Assembly: GCA_963730285.1 (NCBI GenBank)
Contig: CAVSQY010000001.1
Coordinates: 140-64,139, forward strand
From: an uncultured Actinomycetes bacterium
GTDB taxonomy: Bacteria; Actinomycetota; Acidimicrobiia; Spongiisociales; ZC4RG35
Direction: 5' to 3'
DNA: 64,000 nucleotides
Shown: positions 29,522-39,357 of the stretch, in pieces
How the letters are laid out: every line of letters begins with the position of its first letter
How positions within the stretch are numbered: the first letter of the stretch is position 1
Notes under the pieces: model-generated
Told to the model about the DNA's origin: nothing
Databases searched by the model: none
The model's input: only the letters and a program-made list of their open reading frames with translations
Made by a program: the position numbers and the translations under genes

Positions 29522-29896
29522 TCAGTGCTCCCCCACCGCTATGGCCATCACCAACGCCGACGTGTTCGTATGGGTGATTGTCACCATGACCTCCGTCACG
29601 CCAAGGCGGTCGGCGCGAGCCGCGGCGGAGTCCGACATGCGAACCGTCGGCTTGCCGCCACCGGTTATCTCGATGTCCTTCCATCTGATTCTCCGCCACC
29701 CGGTGCCCAACGATTTCATCACGGCCTCCTTGCCCGCGAACCTGGCGGCGAGCCGACGGGCCGGGTTGGCAAATCTGAAGGCGTACTCCCTCTCGTGATC
29801 GGTGAAACAGCGCTCAGCAAACCGCGGGTAACGGTCCAGGACCTGCTCAACCCGCCCGATGTCAGCCAAATCGACACCGAGCCCGATGATCCTCAC
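29522..29896 (-). CDS. acpS: holo-[acyl-carrier-protein] synthase
   Basis: MRIIGLGVDLADIGRV ... and 124 aa. Confidence 0.85.
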   Translation of the reverse strand: MRIIGLGVDLADIGRVEQVLDRYPRFAERCFTDHEREYAFRFANPARRLAARFAGKEAVMKSLGTGWRRIRWKDIEITGGGKPTVRMSDSAAARADRLGVTEVMVTITHTNTSALVMAIAVGEH

Positions 29897-31014
29897 CTCC
29901 GCGACCGTTCGAACACGGCCAAGAATCCATCCACGACGCTCTGCCGCTCCTCGGGCGTGAGCGACGACCCGCTGGGCAGGCAGAGGCCGTTCTCGAAGAG
30001 GAGTTGTGAGACCGACCCTCCAAAGACTTCACAGTCGGCGAAGACGGGCTGGAGATGCATCGGTTTCCACACAGGTCGCGACTCGATGTCCAACTCCTCG
30101 AGATGCAGTCTCACCTGTTCGCGGTCCACACCTGCGACAGCGGGGTCGATGGTGAGGCATGTCAGCCAGAAGGTCGAGTGGCAATCCTGCCCCTCCGGCA
30201 TGAAATCCACACCCGGAAGATCGCCGAGCGATTCCCGGTAGAAGGCGTTGTGCGATCTCCGCTCCTTGACCCTCCTGTCGAGATCCGCAAGCTGGGAGCG
30301 ACCCAGGGCAGCCAGGAGGTTGGAGAGTCGGTAGTTGTATCCGATAGTCGAGTGTTGGTAGTGGGGCGCCGGATCGCGAGCCTGAGAGGCGAGCCAGCGA
30401 GCCTTGGCGGCCCACTCGCCGTCATCGGTGACCAGGGCCCCGCCCCCACTGGTGGTGATCACTTTGTTCCCGTTGAAAGAGAGAGCGCCGGCAAGGCCAA
30501 AGCTCCCGGCGGGCCTGCCCTGATAGGTCGCCCCAAGCGCCTCGGCCGCATCCTCTATGACCGGGACGCCGGCACCGGAGCACATGGCGATGATCCGGTC
30601 GTATTCGGCCGGTTGGCCGTAGATGTCGACGGGCACACAAGCCGCGTATGGGCCGCTTTCTAGCGCCTCGGCCAGCAGATCGGGGTCCATGTCCCAGGTG
30701 GTCGGTGAGCTGTCGACGAAGACCGGCTCGGCTGCCGCGTAGCGGATCGCATTGGCCGTCGCGGCAAAGGTCAGGGACGAGACGAGAACCCTGTCACCTG
30801 GGCCGACACCGAGAAGGACGAGGGCCAAATGCAGCCCGGCGGTGCCGCTCGAGAGCGCAACTCCATGCTCACGCCCCGTCCGATCGGCGAGCTCTCTCTC
30901 GAAGGCGTCCACCTCGGGCCCGAGTGGTGCCACCCAACCTCCCTCTATCGCCCGCGTCACAGCCTGCTTGTCGGATTCGCCGACTTCGGGAGGAGATAGG
31001 TATATGCGACTCAT
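29893..31014 (-). CDS. DegT/DnrJ/EryC1/StrS family PLP-dependent sugar aminotransferase
   Basis: Lys-containing motif SFNGNKVITTSGGG and family-typical length. The start is trimmed to MSRIYLSPPEV. Confidence 0.85.
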   Translation of the reverse strand: MSRIYLSPPEVGESDKQAVTRAIEGGWVAPLGPEVDAFERELADRTGREHGVALSSGTAGLHLALVLLGVGPGDRVLVSSLTFAATANAIRYAAAEPVFVDSSPTTWDMDPDLLAEALESGPYAACVPVDIYGQPAEYDRIIAMCSGAGVPVIEDAAEALGATYQGRPAGSFGLAGALSFNGNKVITTSGGGALVTDDGEWAAKARWLASQARDPAPHYQHSTIGYNYRLSNLLAALGRSQLADLDRRVKERRSHNAFYRESLGDLPGVDFMPEGQDCHSTFWLTCLTIDPAVAGVDREQVRLHLEELDIESRPVWKPMHLQPVFADCEVFGGSVSQLLFENGLCLPSGSSLTPEERQSVVDGFLAVFERSRR

Positions 31015-31038
31015 CGACCGCTCAGAGTACAGAGCCAA

Positions 31039-32190
31039 TCACCGACCGCCACTGCCCCAGCCTTCCACCGCATCGACGAAGAGACGCTCCAATTCAGACG
31101 CCACCTTGCTGACGCTTCTCTCCGACTCCACCCAAGCCCTCGCCTTTGCTCCCAGGGACGTCGGCGAGGTCAGGGCGGAGATGACCTCGGTGGCCAGGGC
31201 GGCCGTGTCGCCCGACGGAACGAGCCGGGCATATGCTCCGTCGCCTGTCGCCTCACGGACCGTTGGGATGTCATAGGCCACAACCGGGAGGCCTGCGGCA
31301 AGGGCTTCGAGAACCGACGTTCCCAGCCCCTCCATCAACGAGGTGAAGGCAAAGGCGCCGGCATGACCAAGGAGGTCGGATACGTCCGGCCTTTGACCCA
31401 AGAGGTGCACCGATCCTGCCAGATCGAGACGGTCAATCTCCGACCTGACCGCCTCGGCAGCGTCGCCGTCGCGCCCGACGATCACGAGGCTCGAGTCGGG
31501 CACCGCGCCCTTGACATCCTGAAACGCCCGCACCAGATCGACCTGGTTCTTCTGCGAAGCCAGTCTTCCGACGTTGATCACCAGGGGACCCCGCGGCAGA
31601 CCCAGTTCCCCACGCTCCCTCATCGCTCGCTTGGGTGGCAGGGGCACGCCCCTCGGGATCACCCGGATCAGCTCAGGCGAAACACCCAGCAACTTGGCAT
31701 TTGTGCTCCTCACCTCTTCGGTCAACGCTCGAAAATAGATTCGACGCCTTCGGGCAGAGAGGCCGGCGACACCGCGAAGGACCGAGGCCCGGTACGAGTC
31801 CGCCCCCGGCTGGTATCTGCGCAGGAGCTCGACATCACCTGAGAGCACCAGGTTGGACACCACCGGGATCCCAGTGCCGCGTGCGGCGACCTGGCCTACG
31901 AGGTTTCCGAGGAAAAGGCTGGTCTGGATGACGTCAGGCTCGAATGCCTGGATCTCGTGACGCACCGGCCGTATCGCTCTTGGCCAAGATCGACTGCCCG
32001 AGCCGGGGGGGAACCTCAGCGTGCGGACCTGTATCGATGCATCGACCAAGCGTTGCTTCAACTCTTCGACGTCGAAGAGGATCATCACACGCTGCTCATG
32101 TCGGTTTGACAGCTCGATTGCCTCGCGAACCAGGCCATTCTCTGCACCACCCGAGGCAATCAGGCTGTCGATCAGATGGAAGATCTTCAT
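31039..32190 (-). CDS. glycosyltransferase family 4 (GT-B)
   Basis: C-terminal EGLGTSVLEALAAGLPVV motif (E-x7-E region). Confidence 0.8.
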   Translation of the reverse strand: MKIFHLIDSLIASGGAENGLVREAIELSNRHEQRVMILFDVEELKQRLVDASIQVRTLRFPPGSGSRSWPRAIRPVRHEIQAFEPDVIQTSLFLGNLVGQVAARGTGIPVVSNLVLSGDVELLRRYQPGADSYRASVLRGVAGLSARRRRIYFRALTEEVRSTNAKLLGVSPELIRVIPRGVPLPPKRAMRERGELGLPRGPLVINVGRLASQKNQVDLVRAFQDVKGAVPDSSLVIVGRDGDAAEAVRSEIDRLDLAGSVHLLGQRPDVSDLLGHAGAFAFTSLMEGLGTSVLEALAAGLPVVAYDIPTVREATGDGAYARLVPSGDTAALATEVISALTSPTSLGAKARAWVESERSVSKVASELERLFVDAVEGWGSGGR

Positions 32191-32370
32191 GTCCCTCCCG
32201 GGTCCGGCCGGAGCGTAATGCCGTCCGGGTGGACAACTGTGTGAGACGAGCCCCCGCGAATTGGGTCAAGTCACCTGCTATTGGCCCGATCCTCTGCTAC
32301 ACCGGGAACCGGGAACCGCCCTCGACAAGGCCGAGTACCTGCCCGACCCGAGTGATACGACAGGAGCGTC

Positions 32371-34005
32371 GTGCAGCTGACAAGACGCGAGATCATGAAG
32401 CGCATCACCGGGGCGGTGCTGGCGGCCACGATCTATGGGTGCTCGAGGTTGATCCTCACCGACGAGGACCGGAGAGACTCCGAAAACGCTCCCAATCCCA
32501 ACTCGGGAGCCCTGGGGCCGGACAATGCGGGGCAATCCACATCCTCAACGACAACGGAGGCCGATGGAGCGTTTGAGACTGCCACCTCCGAAGTCGTCGA
32601 CATCTCGATCCGGCTCGCCGGCTCGATCGCGGCCACGACAATCCCACGAGGCACAACGGCGTCGATCGAGGCGGATCTCGAGCTTCGGGGCGATCTGGTC
32701 GTCGAAGGAACGCTGATCGGAGTGGACGCGTTCACCATCAAAGGGAATGGGCATCAGATCGAGGTGCGAAATGGTGGGCAGCTCGACCTCCGCGGAAAGC
32801 CCATGACGGCCTGGCTTCGAGACGACATCCCATCGGGCTGGTTGCCCGGCGACTCGGTGGTGATGGCCCCAATCGGAAAGGGGCAATTTGACAAGGAGGA
32901 CTTTGAGATGGCGACGTGGACTGCCCCCAATGCCGCCGCGGTGGAACTCGTCGACGGCCGGTCCATCCTCGCCGAGACGATCAGCCTCGACCGGACGATC
33001 GTGATCGACGAAGTTTCCCGCATCCTGTTCCACAAGGGTGCCGGCAAGCAAGTCCTCAAGCATTTGGCAATCAGGAATGGCGGCAGGGAGGGCGAAATCG
33101 GCTTCTACCCGATCCATTTTCACCAGAACGGGAATGCCAGTCGCGGGTCGCTGATCGAAGGTGTGATAGTGCAAGGAGGGCGCAACCACGCCTTCGTCCC
33201 TCATGCCTCCCATGGGATCAGCTTCAACGACTGCGTCGCATTCGACACGGTCGGGGAGGCATTCTGGTGGGACCCGCCGCCCGAGGCACGCAGCCCGGTC
33301 AACAATTCCGACGACACCACCTGGCAACACTGCCTGGCCGCCTACGTGTCGCCTTCGGATGACCGGGGATATCGACTCACCGCATTCATGATGGGCGCCG
33401 GCTCTGGCAACAAATGCATCGACTGCACGGCCGTCGGCGTGCAGGGCCAGAAGGACTCTTCCGGCTTCATGTGGCCTGAGGACGCAAACGACAACATCGG
33501 CGGGACCGTCTGGACCTTCGAGGGATGCGTGTCGCACAACAACCAGGCCCAGGGGATATTCACCTGGCAGAACGACAGCGGATCGCACCCGATCCGGGAT
33601 TTCGTCGCCTACCGAAACGGTGACACCGGGATCGACCACGGTGCATACGTGAATCGCTACCGGTACTCGGACCTGACCCTTTCGGAGAACGGCTCCTACT
33701 CAATCCAATCGCATGCCGTCGGCCGCGGCGAGCCGATCATCTTCGAAAACGTGATCGCATCCGAGCCGCTCTTCATCGGCAAGCACGTCCTGGAGGGAAG
33801 TCCGGTCATATACGACCACGTGGCCGTGCCGTCGGTCGTCGTGGACGAGAAGACCGACGATGGAGAGACGAAATCGACCCAGATCTTCCTGGATTGCGGG
33901 TTGCAACCCTCCGACTTCGACCTCCGTTCCGTGGCGAAGGGAACGGTGATCGAGATCCGTCAAGGAGACGCTCTGATCCATCGATGGGATGGCGGCTGGC
34001 AATAG
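32371..34005 (+). CDS. secreted/lipid-anchored right-handed beta-helix protein (putative glycanase or lyase)
   Basis: Tat-like N-terminus TRREIMKR followed by lipobox IYGCS. It has repetitive Gly/Asn-rich beta-helix-like turns (NGGQLDLRG, IVQGGRNHAF, GISFNDCVAF). No close named family is recognised. Confidence 0.55.
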   Translation: MQLTRREIMKRITGAVLAATIYGCSRLILTDEDRRDSENAPNPNSGALGPDNAGQSTSSTTTEADGAFETATSEVVDISIRLAGSIAATTIPRGTTASIEADLELRGDLVVEGTLIGVDAFTIKGNGHQIEVRNGGQLDLRGKPMTAWLRDDIPSGWLPGDSVVMAPIGKGQFDKEDFEMATWTAPNAAAVELVDGRSILAETISLDRTIVIDEVSRILFHKGAGKQVLKHLAIRNGGREGEIGFYPIHFHQNGNASRGSLIEGVIVQGGRNHAFVPHASHGISFNDCVAFDTVGEAFWWDPPPEARSPVNNSDDTTWQHCLAAYVSPSDDRGYRLTAFMMGAGSGNKCIDCTAVGVQGQKDSSGFMWPEDANDNIGGTVWTFEGCVSHNNQAQGIFTWQNDSGSHPIRDFVAYRNGDTGIDHGAYVNRYRYSDLTLSENGSYSIQSHAVGRGEPIIFENVIASEPLFIGKHVLEGSPVIYDHVAVPSVVVDEKTDDGETKSTQIFLDCGLQPSDFDLRSVAKGTVIEIRQGDALIHRWDGGWQ

Positions 34006-34041
34006 CGGGTTATCGGCCCCATCGAATATACGATCTGCCAG

Positions 34042-34917
34042 GTGTTCGAGTCCCTAGAGACTCTCGTAGACCTCCTGACCCGACCCGAGTTCCTGGTCGG
34101 GTTCGTCGCAGGTTGTATTGCATTGGGGATTGTCTTCGTGGCGACGACCCAGGATCCCGAGCCGGCGTGGTGGGGTATTTGCCTGGCCACCACAGCCGCA
34201 GTGATCATCGAGCTGCTGGGCGATCGCCGGCTCGGCTTGGTCGTCGGGTGGGCGCTGCTGGCCGTCGGAGGCTGGCTCCTGGGCCGTGAGGACAACCACG
34301 AGCTGGTCGGCTGGACAACGGTGGCCGTGGGTGCAATCGCCATCGCCTGGCGTGGTGGACTCCACTCGAATTGGGTGATTCTTGTCACACCGATCGCCGT
34401 GGTCGGCATTGGGCACGCCCTATCGCGATGGTGGGGGCGTCTGCCGCACACGCTGATAGGGCCGATGTTCGCCATAACCGCCTTCGGCATCTGGGTGACT
34501 GTCCCCGAGACGGAGATGGCCCGGATCCTCCTGGGGGTATCCATCCCCTTGGCATTGCCGACTCTGAAGCCACTCGGCGCTCGCCTTTCCTCCGCTGGTG
34601 CCTTCGCGTTGGCGGGCGTCGTGGTCTGGGTGGTCGCCATCGGCGGGGAGCAGAGGGGGGCATCGATCATCGGTGGCTGGGCGTCGATCGGCGCTCTTGC
34701 TCTCCTCCCATTCACTCAGGGAGCCAACCGCTTCCTCGAAAGGCAACGATGGCTCGCACTCGGGCTCCACGCAGTGCTGGTATTCCTCACCGCCAGAGTC
34801 ATCGGGTTGTGGACAGCACCGGAGTTGGCAATCGTCGCCGTGTGCGGGCTCGGGGCACTCGCATATTTCTGCCTTGGGATGTTCCTGACCCAGGATGCCG
34901 ACGCCACGGTTGGATGA
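34042..34917 (+). CDS. integral membrane protein, unknown function
   Basis: 291 aa, about 8 TM segments, no recognisable motif. Confidence 0.5.
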   Translation: MFESLETLVDLLTRPEFLVGFVAGCIALGIVFVATTQDPEPAWWGICLATTAAVIIELLGDRRLGLVVGWALLAVGGWLLGREDNHELVGWTTVAVGAIAIAWRGGLHSNWVILVTPIAVVGIGHALSRWWGRLPHTLIGPMFAITAFGIWVTVPETEMARILLGVSIPLALPTLKPLGARLSSAGAFALAGVVVWVVAIGGEQRGASIIGGWASIGALALLPFTQGANRFLERQRWLALGLHAVLVFLTARVIGLWTAPELAIVAVCGLGALAYFCLGMFLTQDADATVG

Positions 34918-34973
34918 CCGGCACCGCCGGGTAAGTTGAGTCGTCCACCGAGCTATCGAAAGGGGAGAATCGC

Positions 34974-35855
34974 TTGGGCCCGACGCCGGAGATAAGCGTG
35001 GTGATGCCCTTTCGAGACGAGGCCACCCACATTGCAGAGCAGCTGGCTGCCCTATCGGCCCAGGAGACCGAAGTGAGCTGGGAAATGGTGGCAGTCGACA
35101 ACGGCTCCCGCGACCAGAGCCGTCGGATCGTCGAAAGCTTCAGGAGTCGGCTCCCATCCCTCCGGCTGGTCACTGAGGAATCCCAATTCGGCCCGGCCGC
35201 CGCTCGCAACGCCGGGGTGGCCCAGGCAGCAGGCGACATCGTGTTGCATTGTGATGCCGACGACGTGGTGGCTCCGGGGTGGATTCAGGCACTGTCATCG
35301 GCCACAAGGGCAACCGGCTTCGCACACGGTCATAGGGAGCTCGACAAGCTCAACTCGCCCCGGGTGCGCGGGGCTCGTCCCGGCTCGGGTCACGAGAAGC
35401 CGCCGCCGGAGCATTTCCTACCGGTTGCCGGCACCAACAACCTCGGTGTTCGCCGTAGCCTTCATGACGAGATGGGAGGCTTCGACACGACCTTCTTTTC
35501 GCTGTCCGACGTGGACTTCGTCTGGCGAGCCCAACTGTGCGGAGCCCGTCTCGTTGAAGCCGATGATGCGGTGGTGCATTACCGATACCCACAAACGCCA
35601 ACTGCCTTGTTCCGCCAGTCCCGTTCTTACGCCATCGGCACCGTGCGATTGAACCGACGATATGGGGATCATGGTCTCACCCCCACCAACTGGAGATATG
35701 AGGCAAGACGGTGGGTGATCGAATTGGCTACCGTCTATCACTTGCTTCTCCCAACCCGCAGGGCGCGCTGGATGTGGCGACTTGGATACCGGGTGGGGAC
35801 GGTGCAGGGATGGCTTCGAGAACGTCCGAGGCCATACGCTCCCGGCAATCCATGA
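34974..35855 (+). CDS. glycosyltransferase family 2
   Basis: SVVMPFRDE ... VDNGSRD ... CDADD (DxD). Confidence 0.8.
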   Translation: MGPTPEISVVMPFRDEATHIAEQLAALSAQETEVSWEMVAVDNGSRDQSRRIVESFRSRLPSLRLVTEESQFGPAAARNAGVAQAAGDIVLHCDADDVVAPGWIQALSSATRATGFAHGHRELDKLNSPRVRGARPGSGHEKPPPEHFLPVAGTNNLGVRRSLHDEMGGFDTTFFSLSDVDFVWRAQLCGARLVEADDAVVHYRYPQTPTALFRQSRSYAIGTVRLNRRYGDHGLTPTNWRYEARRWVIELATVYHLLLPTRRARWMWRLGYRVGTVQGWLRERPRPYAPGNP

Positions 35856-36682
35856 CACAGTCCAGCCTCACGGCGATCATCACGACACACAACCGGCCAG
35901 AGTTGCTGCAAATGGCTTTGGAGAGTGTTCAATCCCAGACCGTGCCGGTCGAGCTGATCGTGGTTGATGACGGCTCACAACCGGCGGTGAATGCGAACGA
36001 AGTGCCGCCAGGGACGTCGGTGGTGCGGCACGAAATCGCCAAGGGGGCTGGCGCAGCCCGCAATTTCGGTGTTCGAAAGGCTCAGACCGAATGGGTCGCG
36101 TTCCTCGACGACGATGACATCTGGCTGCCGGAGAAAGCTGAGGCCGTACTGGAGGCGGTGGGCCAATTCCCGCATTCAAACGTGATATTCCACAGCTCGT
36201 CGCATCACCCTTCGAATCGATCGCAGGCGACACGGATGCTCACCGACCCACTAAGCCGAATGTTGCACGAGCAACCGCCCCATATCTCCGGGGTTGCGGT
36301 GCGCAAGGATCTTCATCTCGAGGTGCCCTTCGATGAGACGATCTGGGCCACCGAGGATCTCGATTACCTGATCCGGTTGGCGCATCTCGCTCCGTGGGCC
36401 GAGATAAGGCGAGATTTGACCCAGCACATGGACCCTGGTCTCGAGGGGAGTGCCATCGACATGGAGTCCAGAATCGAAGGTCGCTTGGATCTGATGGAAC
36501 GACACGGTGATTTGATCAGGAACGATCCGACCGCACACAGCTTCTACTACGTGCGCCTCGGGTATCAGTATCGGAGGGGCCGTCACTTTGCGGAAGCCCG
36601 CTCCTGCTTCGCAAAGGCTGTGAGGCTCAAACCGACCAGTGGCCTGGCGTGGCGGGGCCTTGTGAGGGTCCTCTTCTCCTGA
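35852..36682 (+). CDS. glycosyltransferase family 2
   Basis: TAIITTHNRPELL ... VVDDGS ... LDDDD. The ATGA overlaps the upstream gene. Confidence 0.75.
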   Translation: MTQSSLTAIITTHNRPELLQMALESVQSQTVPVELIVVDDGSQPAVNANEVPPGTSVVRHEIAKGAGAARNFGVRKAQTEWVAFLDDDDIWLPEKAEAVLEAVGQFPHSNVIFHSSSHHPSNRSQATRMLTDPLSRMLHEQPPHISGVAVRKDLHLEVPFDETIWATEDLDYLIRLAHLAPWAEIRRDLTQHMDPGLEGSAIDMESRIEGRLDLMERHGDLIRNDPTAHSFYYVRLGYQYRRGRHFAEARSCFAKAVRLKPTSGLAWRGLVRVLFS

Positions 36683-36692
36683 CCCGACTCGG

Positions 36693-37553
36693 TCAATAGC
36701 CGCCCAGGATGCCTTCCCTCCTGGCGAACTGGAGTGATCGGGCGAAAAGCCACATGCCGACGCCTAGCGTCACGACGTTGAAGACGGCCAGGACCCAGAC
36801 CGCCGTCCCAAAGTCGATGGTGAAGGTGCCGGGGTCCTCCATCAGAACCGTCCGCGCCGCCGAGATGACATAGGTATGCGGGATCGTGTAGCTCAGGGCC
36901 TTGAGCCATCCGGGGAGCTGATCGACCGAGAAGAGAGCCCCGCCGAGGAGGGAAGATGCCAGACCGTACAGGGTCAACACCGGTTGGGATCTCTTGGCCA
37001 CGACCATCAGGCTGGCGGCGAGGATCCCGACCGCGGTGCTGGCGCCGATGCCAAGGATCACCAACACCGTGAACTCCGGGACCCCGCCTAGGAGGAAGTG
37101 ACCGCCGAGCAAGGCGGCGATGACAAGGACCAGCACTCCGTTGACCGCACCGAGAAGAGTCCTGTATGTGTTCAGGGCCACCGGCAGGAACAGCCAGGGA
37201 ACCGGCTCGGCCAGGATCAGCTCGAACTGGCCGCGGTTCTGTGATCGCTGTAATGCATAGCCAAACCCGGACAGTGCAGACTGGAGGATGACCGTGACAC
37301 CGATGCCAATGGACGCGAAGGTGAAGTAGTCGCCGCCCACTTTGTCCGAATTACCCACCAACTCACCGATGAAGAAGTAGGCAAGCATGGGCACGAACAA
37401 ACCGAGCTCACTGAGGAGGAATGCGAGTGGGTAGGCGAACTCCTCCACCCAGTCGAGTCGAAAGAAGGCGCTGGTCAGAGTTCGCGCGCCACGCATGCGC
37501 CCTCCGGTGATTCGATGAATGCCCCGCTTGATCCGGTAGGTCGCCGCGCTCAC
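36693..37553 (-). CDS. ABC-2 type polysaccharide/teichoic-acid export permease (Wzm/TagG-like)
   Basis: 286 aa with six TM segments, immediately downstream of a Wzt-like ATPase. Confidence 0.8.
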   Translation of the reverse strand: MSAATYRIKRGIHRITGGRMRGARTLTSAFFRLDWVEEFAYPLAFLLSELGLFVPMLAYFFIGELVGNSDKVGGDYFTFASIGIGVTVILQSALSGFGYALQRSQNRGQFELILAEPVPWLFLPVALNTYRTLLGAVNGVLVLVIAALLGGHFLLGGVPEFTVLVILGIGASTAVGILAASLMVVAKRSQPVLTLYGLASSLLGGALFSVDQLPGWLKALSYTIPHTYVISAARTVLMEDPGTFTIDFGTAVWVLAVFNVVTLGVGMWLFARSLQFARREGILGGY

Positions 37554-38563
37554 GACTCACGTCCGTCATCGGCTACGCCGTACACATTGGCGAGCACCTC
37601 CCGCAGCGGCTGGTGAACCTCACGTGTGGTCAACAGCTGATCGAGATGCCCCGAGATACTCCCAAGCACCGGCCCGACGCTGGCTCCGTGTGTCAGAGTC
37701 ACCTGGACCGATGACCCTTCGAACTGGAGGCTCTCGACCGACGGTGCCGAGCGGATGGACGCTGACGCGAGCCTGGCTGAGTCCTCGCTCAGGAACACCA
37801 TCTCCCATACAGTCCGATCCAGCTTTGCCCTGAGGTTGTCGAGATCGCCATCAAATAGAACCTCGCCTCTATGCAGGAGGAGGACATGGGAATGGAGCGC
37901 CTCGATCTCATCGAGACGGTGCGAGCTGACGATGGCCGCCAGATTCCTCTCTTTGACGACCGAGGTGATGAGATTGATGATCGCCAGCGAGGCCACGGGG
38001 TCGACCGAAGCGGTGGGCTCGTCCAGGATGAGCAAGTTTGGCTTGTGCAGCAATGCCCGGGCCAGCTGCAGCCGTGCTTTCATTCCAGCGGACGACGCCA
38101 GCACCGCGTTGTTCTTGGCATGTGTCAGGTCGACCAGATCAAGGGCCTCGTCCACCGCAGTCTCCAGCTCGACACCCGACAGGCCATGGAGCCTGCCGTG
38201 GAAACGGAGGTTCTCGGCACACGTATGACGTTGGAAGAGCGTTTGGTCAGAAGTGGGCATCCACCCCACCTGTCGTCTTATATCGAGTGACTCGCTGACC
38301 ACGTCGCGACCCAACACGAGCGCCCTCCCGGTGCTTGGAGTGGTCAGACCCATCAGGATTCGAAAAAGCGTGGTCTTGCCCGCACCATTGGGGCCCACCA
38401 GCGCGCAGACCTCTCCAGACTCGACACGGAAGGTAACGTCTTTCAAAGCCTGAATCTCCTCGGAGATTGGGCTCCGCACCAGGAGACGCAGCCAGCCCGG
38501 AGCAGGCGCGAACACCTTGCTCACATCCTCGATGGAGATGGCCGCCGGCTGCTCCTGGATCAT
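37550..38563 (-). CDS. ABC transporter ATP-binding protein (Wzt/TagH-like) with C-terminal extension
   Basis: Walker A GPNGAGKTT, signature SAGMKARL and Walker B LLILDEP. About 90 extra C-terminal residues. Confidence 0.85.
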   Translation of the reverse strand: MIQEQPAAISIEDVSKVFAPAPGWLRLLVRSPISEEIQALKDVTFRVESGEVCALVGPNGAGKTTLFRILMGLTTPSTGRALVLGRDVVSESLDIRRQVGWMPTSDQTLFQRHTCAENLRFHGRLHGLSGVELETAVDEALDLVDLTHAKNNAVLASSAGMKARLQLARALLHKPNLLILDEPTASVDPVASLAIINLITSVVKERNLAAIVSSHRLDEIEALHSHVLLLHRGEVLFDGDLDNLRAKLDRTVWEMVFLSEDSARLASASIRSAPSVESLQFEGSSVQVTLTHGASVGPVLGSISGHLDQLLTTREVHQPLREVLANVYGVADDGRES

Positions 38564-39351
38564 GGGCCGTCGTACTCGCCGATGCGGCGCCTCACTGCTT
38601 CCTCGAGGCGAAGGCCACCACGCAGACGAGGGCGAAAGAAGGTGAAAGAGTCGGATAACTGAATCGGGTAACGATGTATCAAATAGGGATCCGGATGTGC
38701 GGCGGGGCGAGGAGTGCCGGCCAACACCGCTGTTCGATAGTGCTCTCTGATGACACCATCAGCCATTTCCGACCAATAGCCCCAGGGGTAGGCAAAGTGG
38801 GAAGGATCCACCCCGAGACGATCCCGGATCAAGGTATCGGAGGTCGAGATCTCATGCTCGACCTGACTTCTGGTCGCATTGCGCAAGTCGAGATGTGTGT
38901 GCGTGTGGGCCCCTACTGACATCAAACCCCCTCTCAGCATCTCGCCAACATGATCCCATGAAAGTGGCTCGGCGCCGGTATCGGGGCCCAGCGAGCGCCC
39001 GGTCTCGACGGATTCGGTTGCGAGATACAGGACGAAAGGAAACCCATGCTCGACGAGGATCGGGAAGGCGCGCTCATACGTGTCGAGGTATCCGTCGTCG
39101 AAAGTGAGCACCACTAGATTCTCCGAGCCCGGCCGGTCCCAGCCAGCCAGAGCTGTGTCCATGTCGACCACGCTTCGACTGGCGGCGAGCCAGTCCATCT
39201 GTCTCACGAAGTCCTCGAGCGTGACCTCCATCTGTCGACCGAGGCCCGCTTCCACCTGGTGGTAGATGAGGACACGCGGTCCCTTGGGCCTGGGAAAGAG
39301 AAGATCGGCCGTGGCAAAGACCACCTTGCCCCCTGTTCGGATGAGAGACAT
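38560..39351 (-). CDS. polysaccharide deacetylase (CE4 family)
   Basis: TFDDGY motif and HTHTH metal-binding histidines. Confidence 0.8.
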   Translation of the reverse strand: MSLIRTGGKVVFATADLLFPRPKGPRVLIYHQVEAGLGRQMEVTLEDFVRQMDWLAASRSVVDMDTALAGWDRPGSENLVVLTFDDGYLDTYERAFPILVEHGFPFVLYLATESVETGRSLGPDTGAEPLSWDHVGEMLRGGLMSVGAHTHTHLDLRNATRSQVEHEISTSDTLIRDRLGVDPSHFAYPWGYWSEMADGVIREHYRTAVLAGTPRPAAHPDPYLIHRYPIQLSDSFTFFRPRLRGGLRLEEAVRRRIGEYDGP

Positions 39352-39357
39352 CGCGGT

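Noticed and set aside
32545-33639. 364-aa minus-strand ORF
   Set aside because: It is antisense to the beta-helix protein gene, which has the signal peptide and the repeats. No motifs and no RBS.
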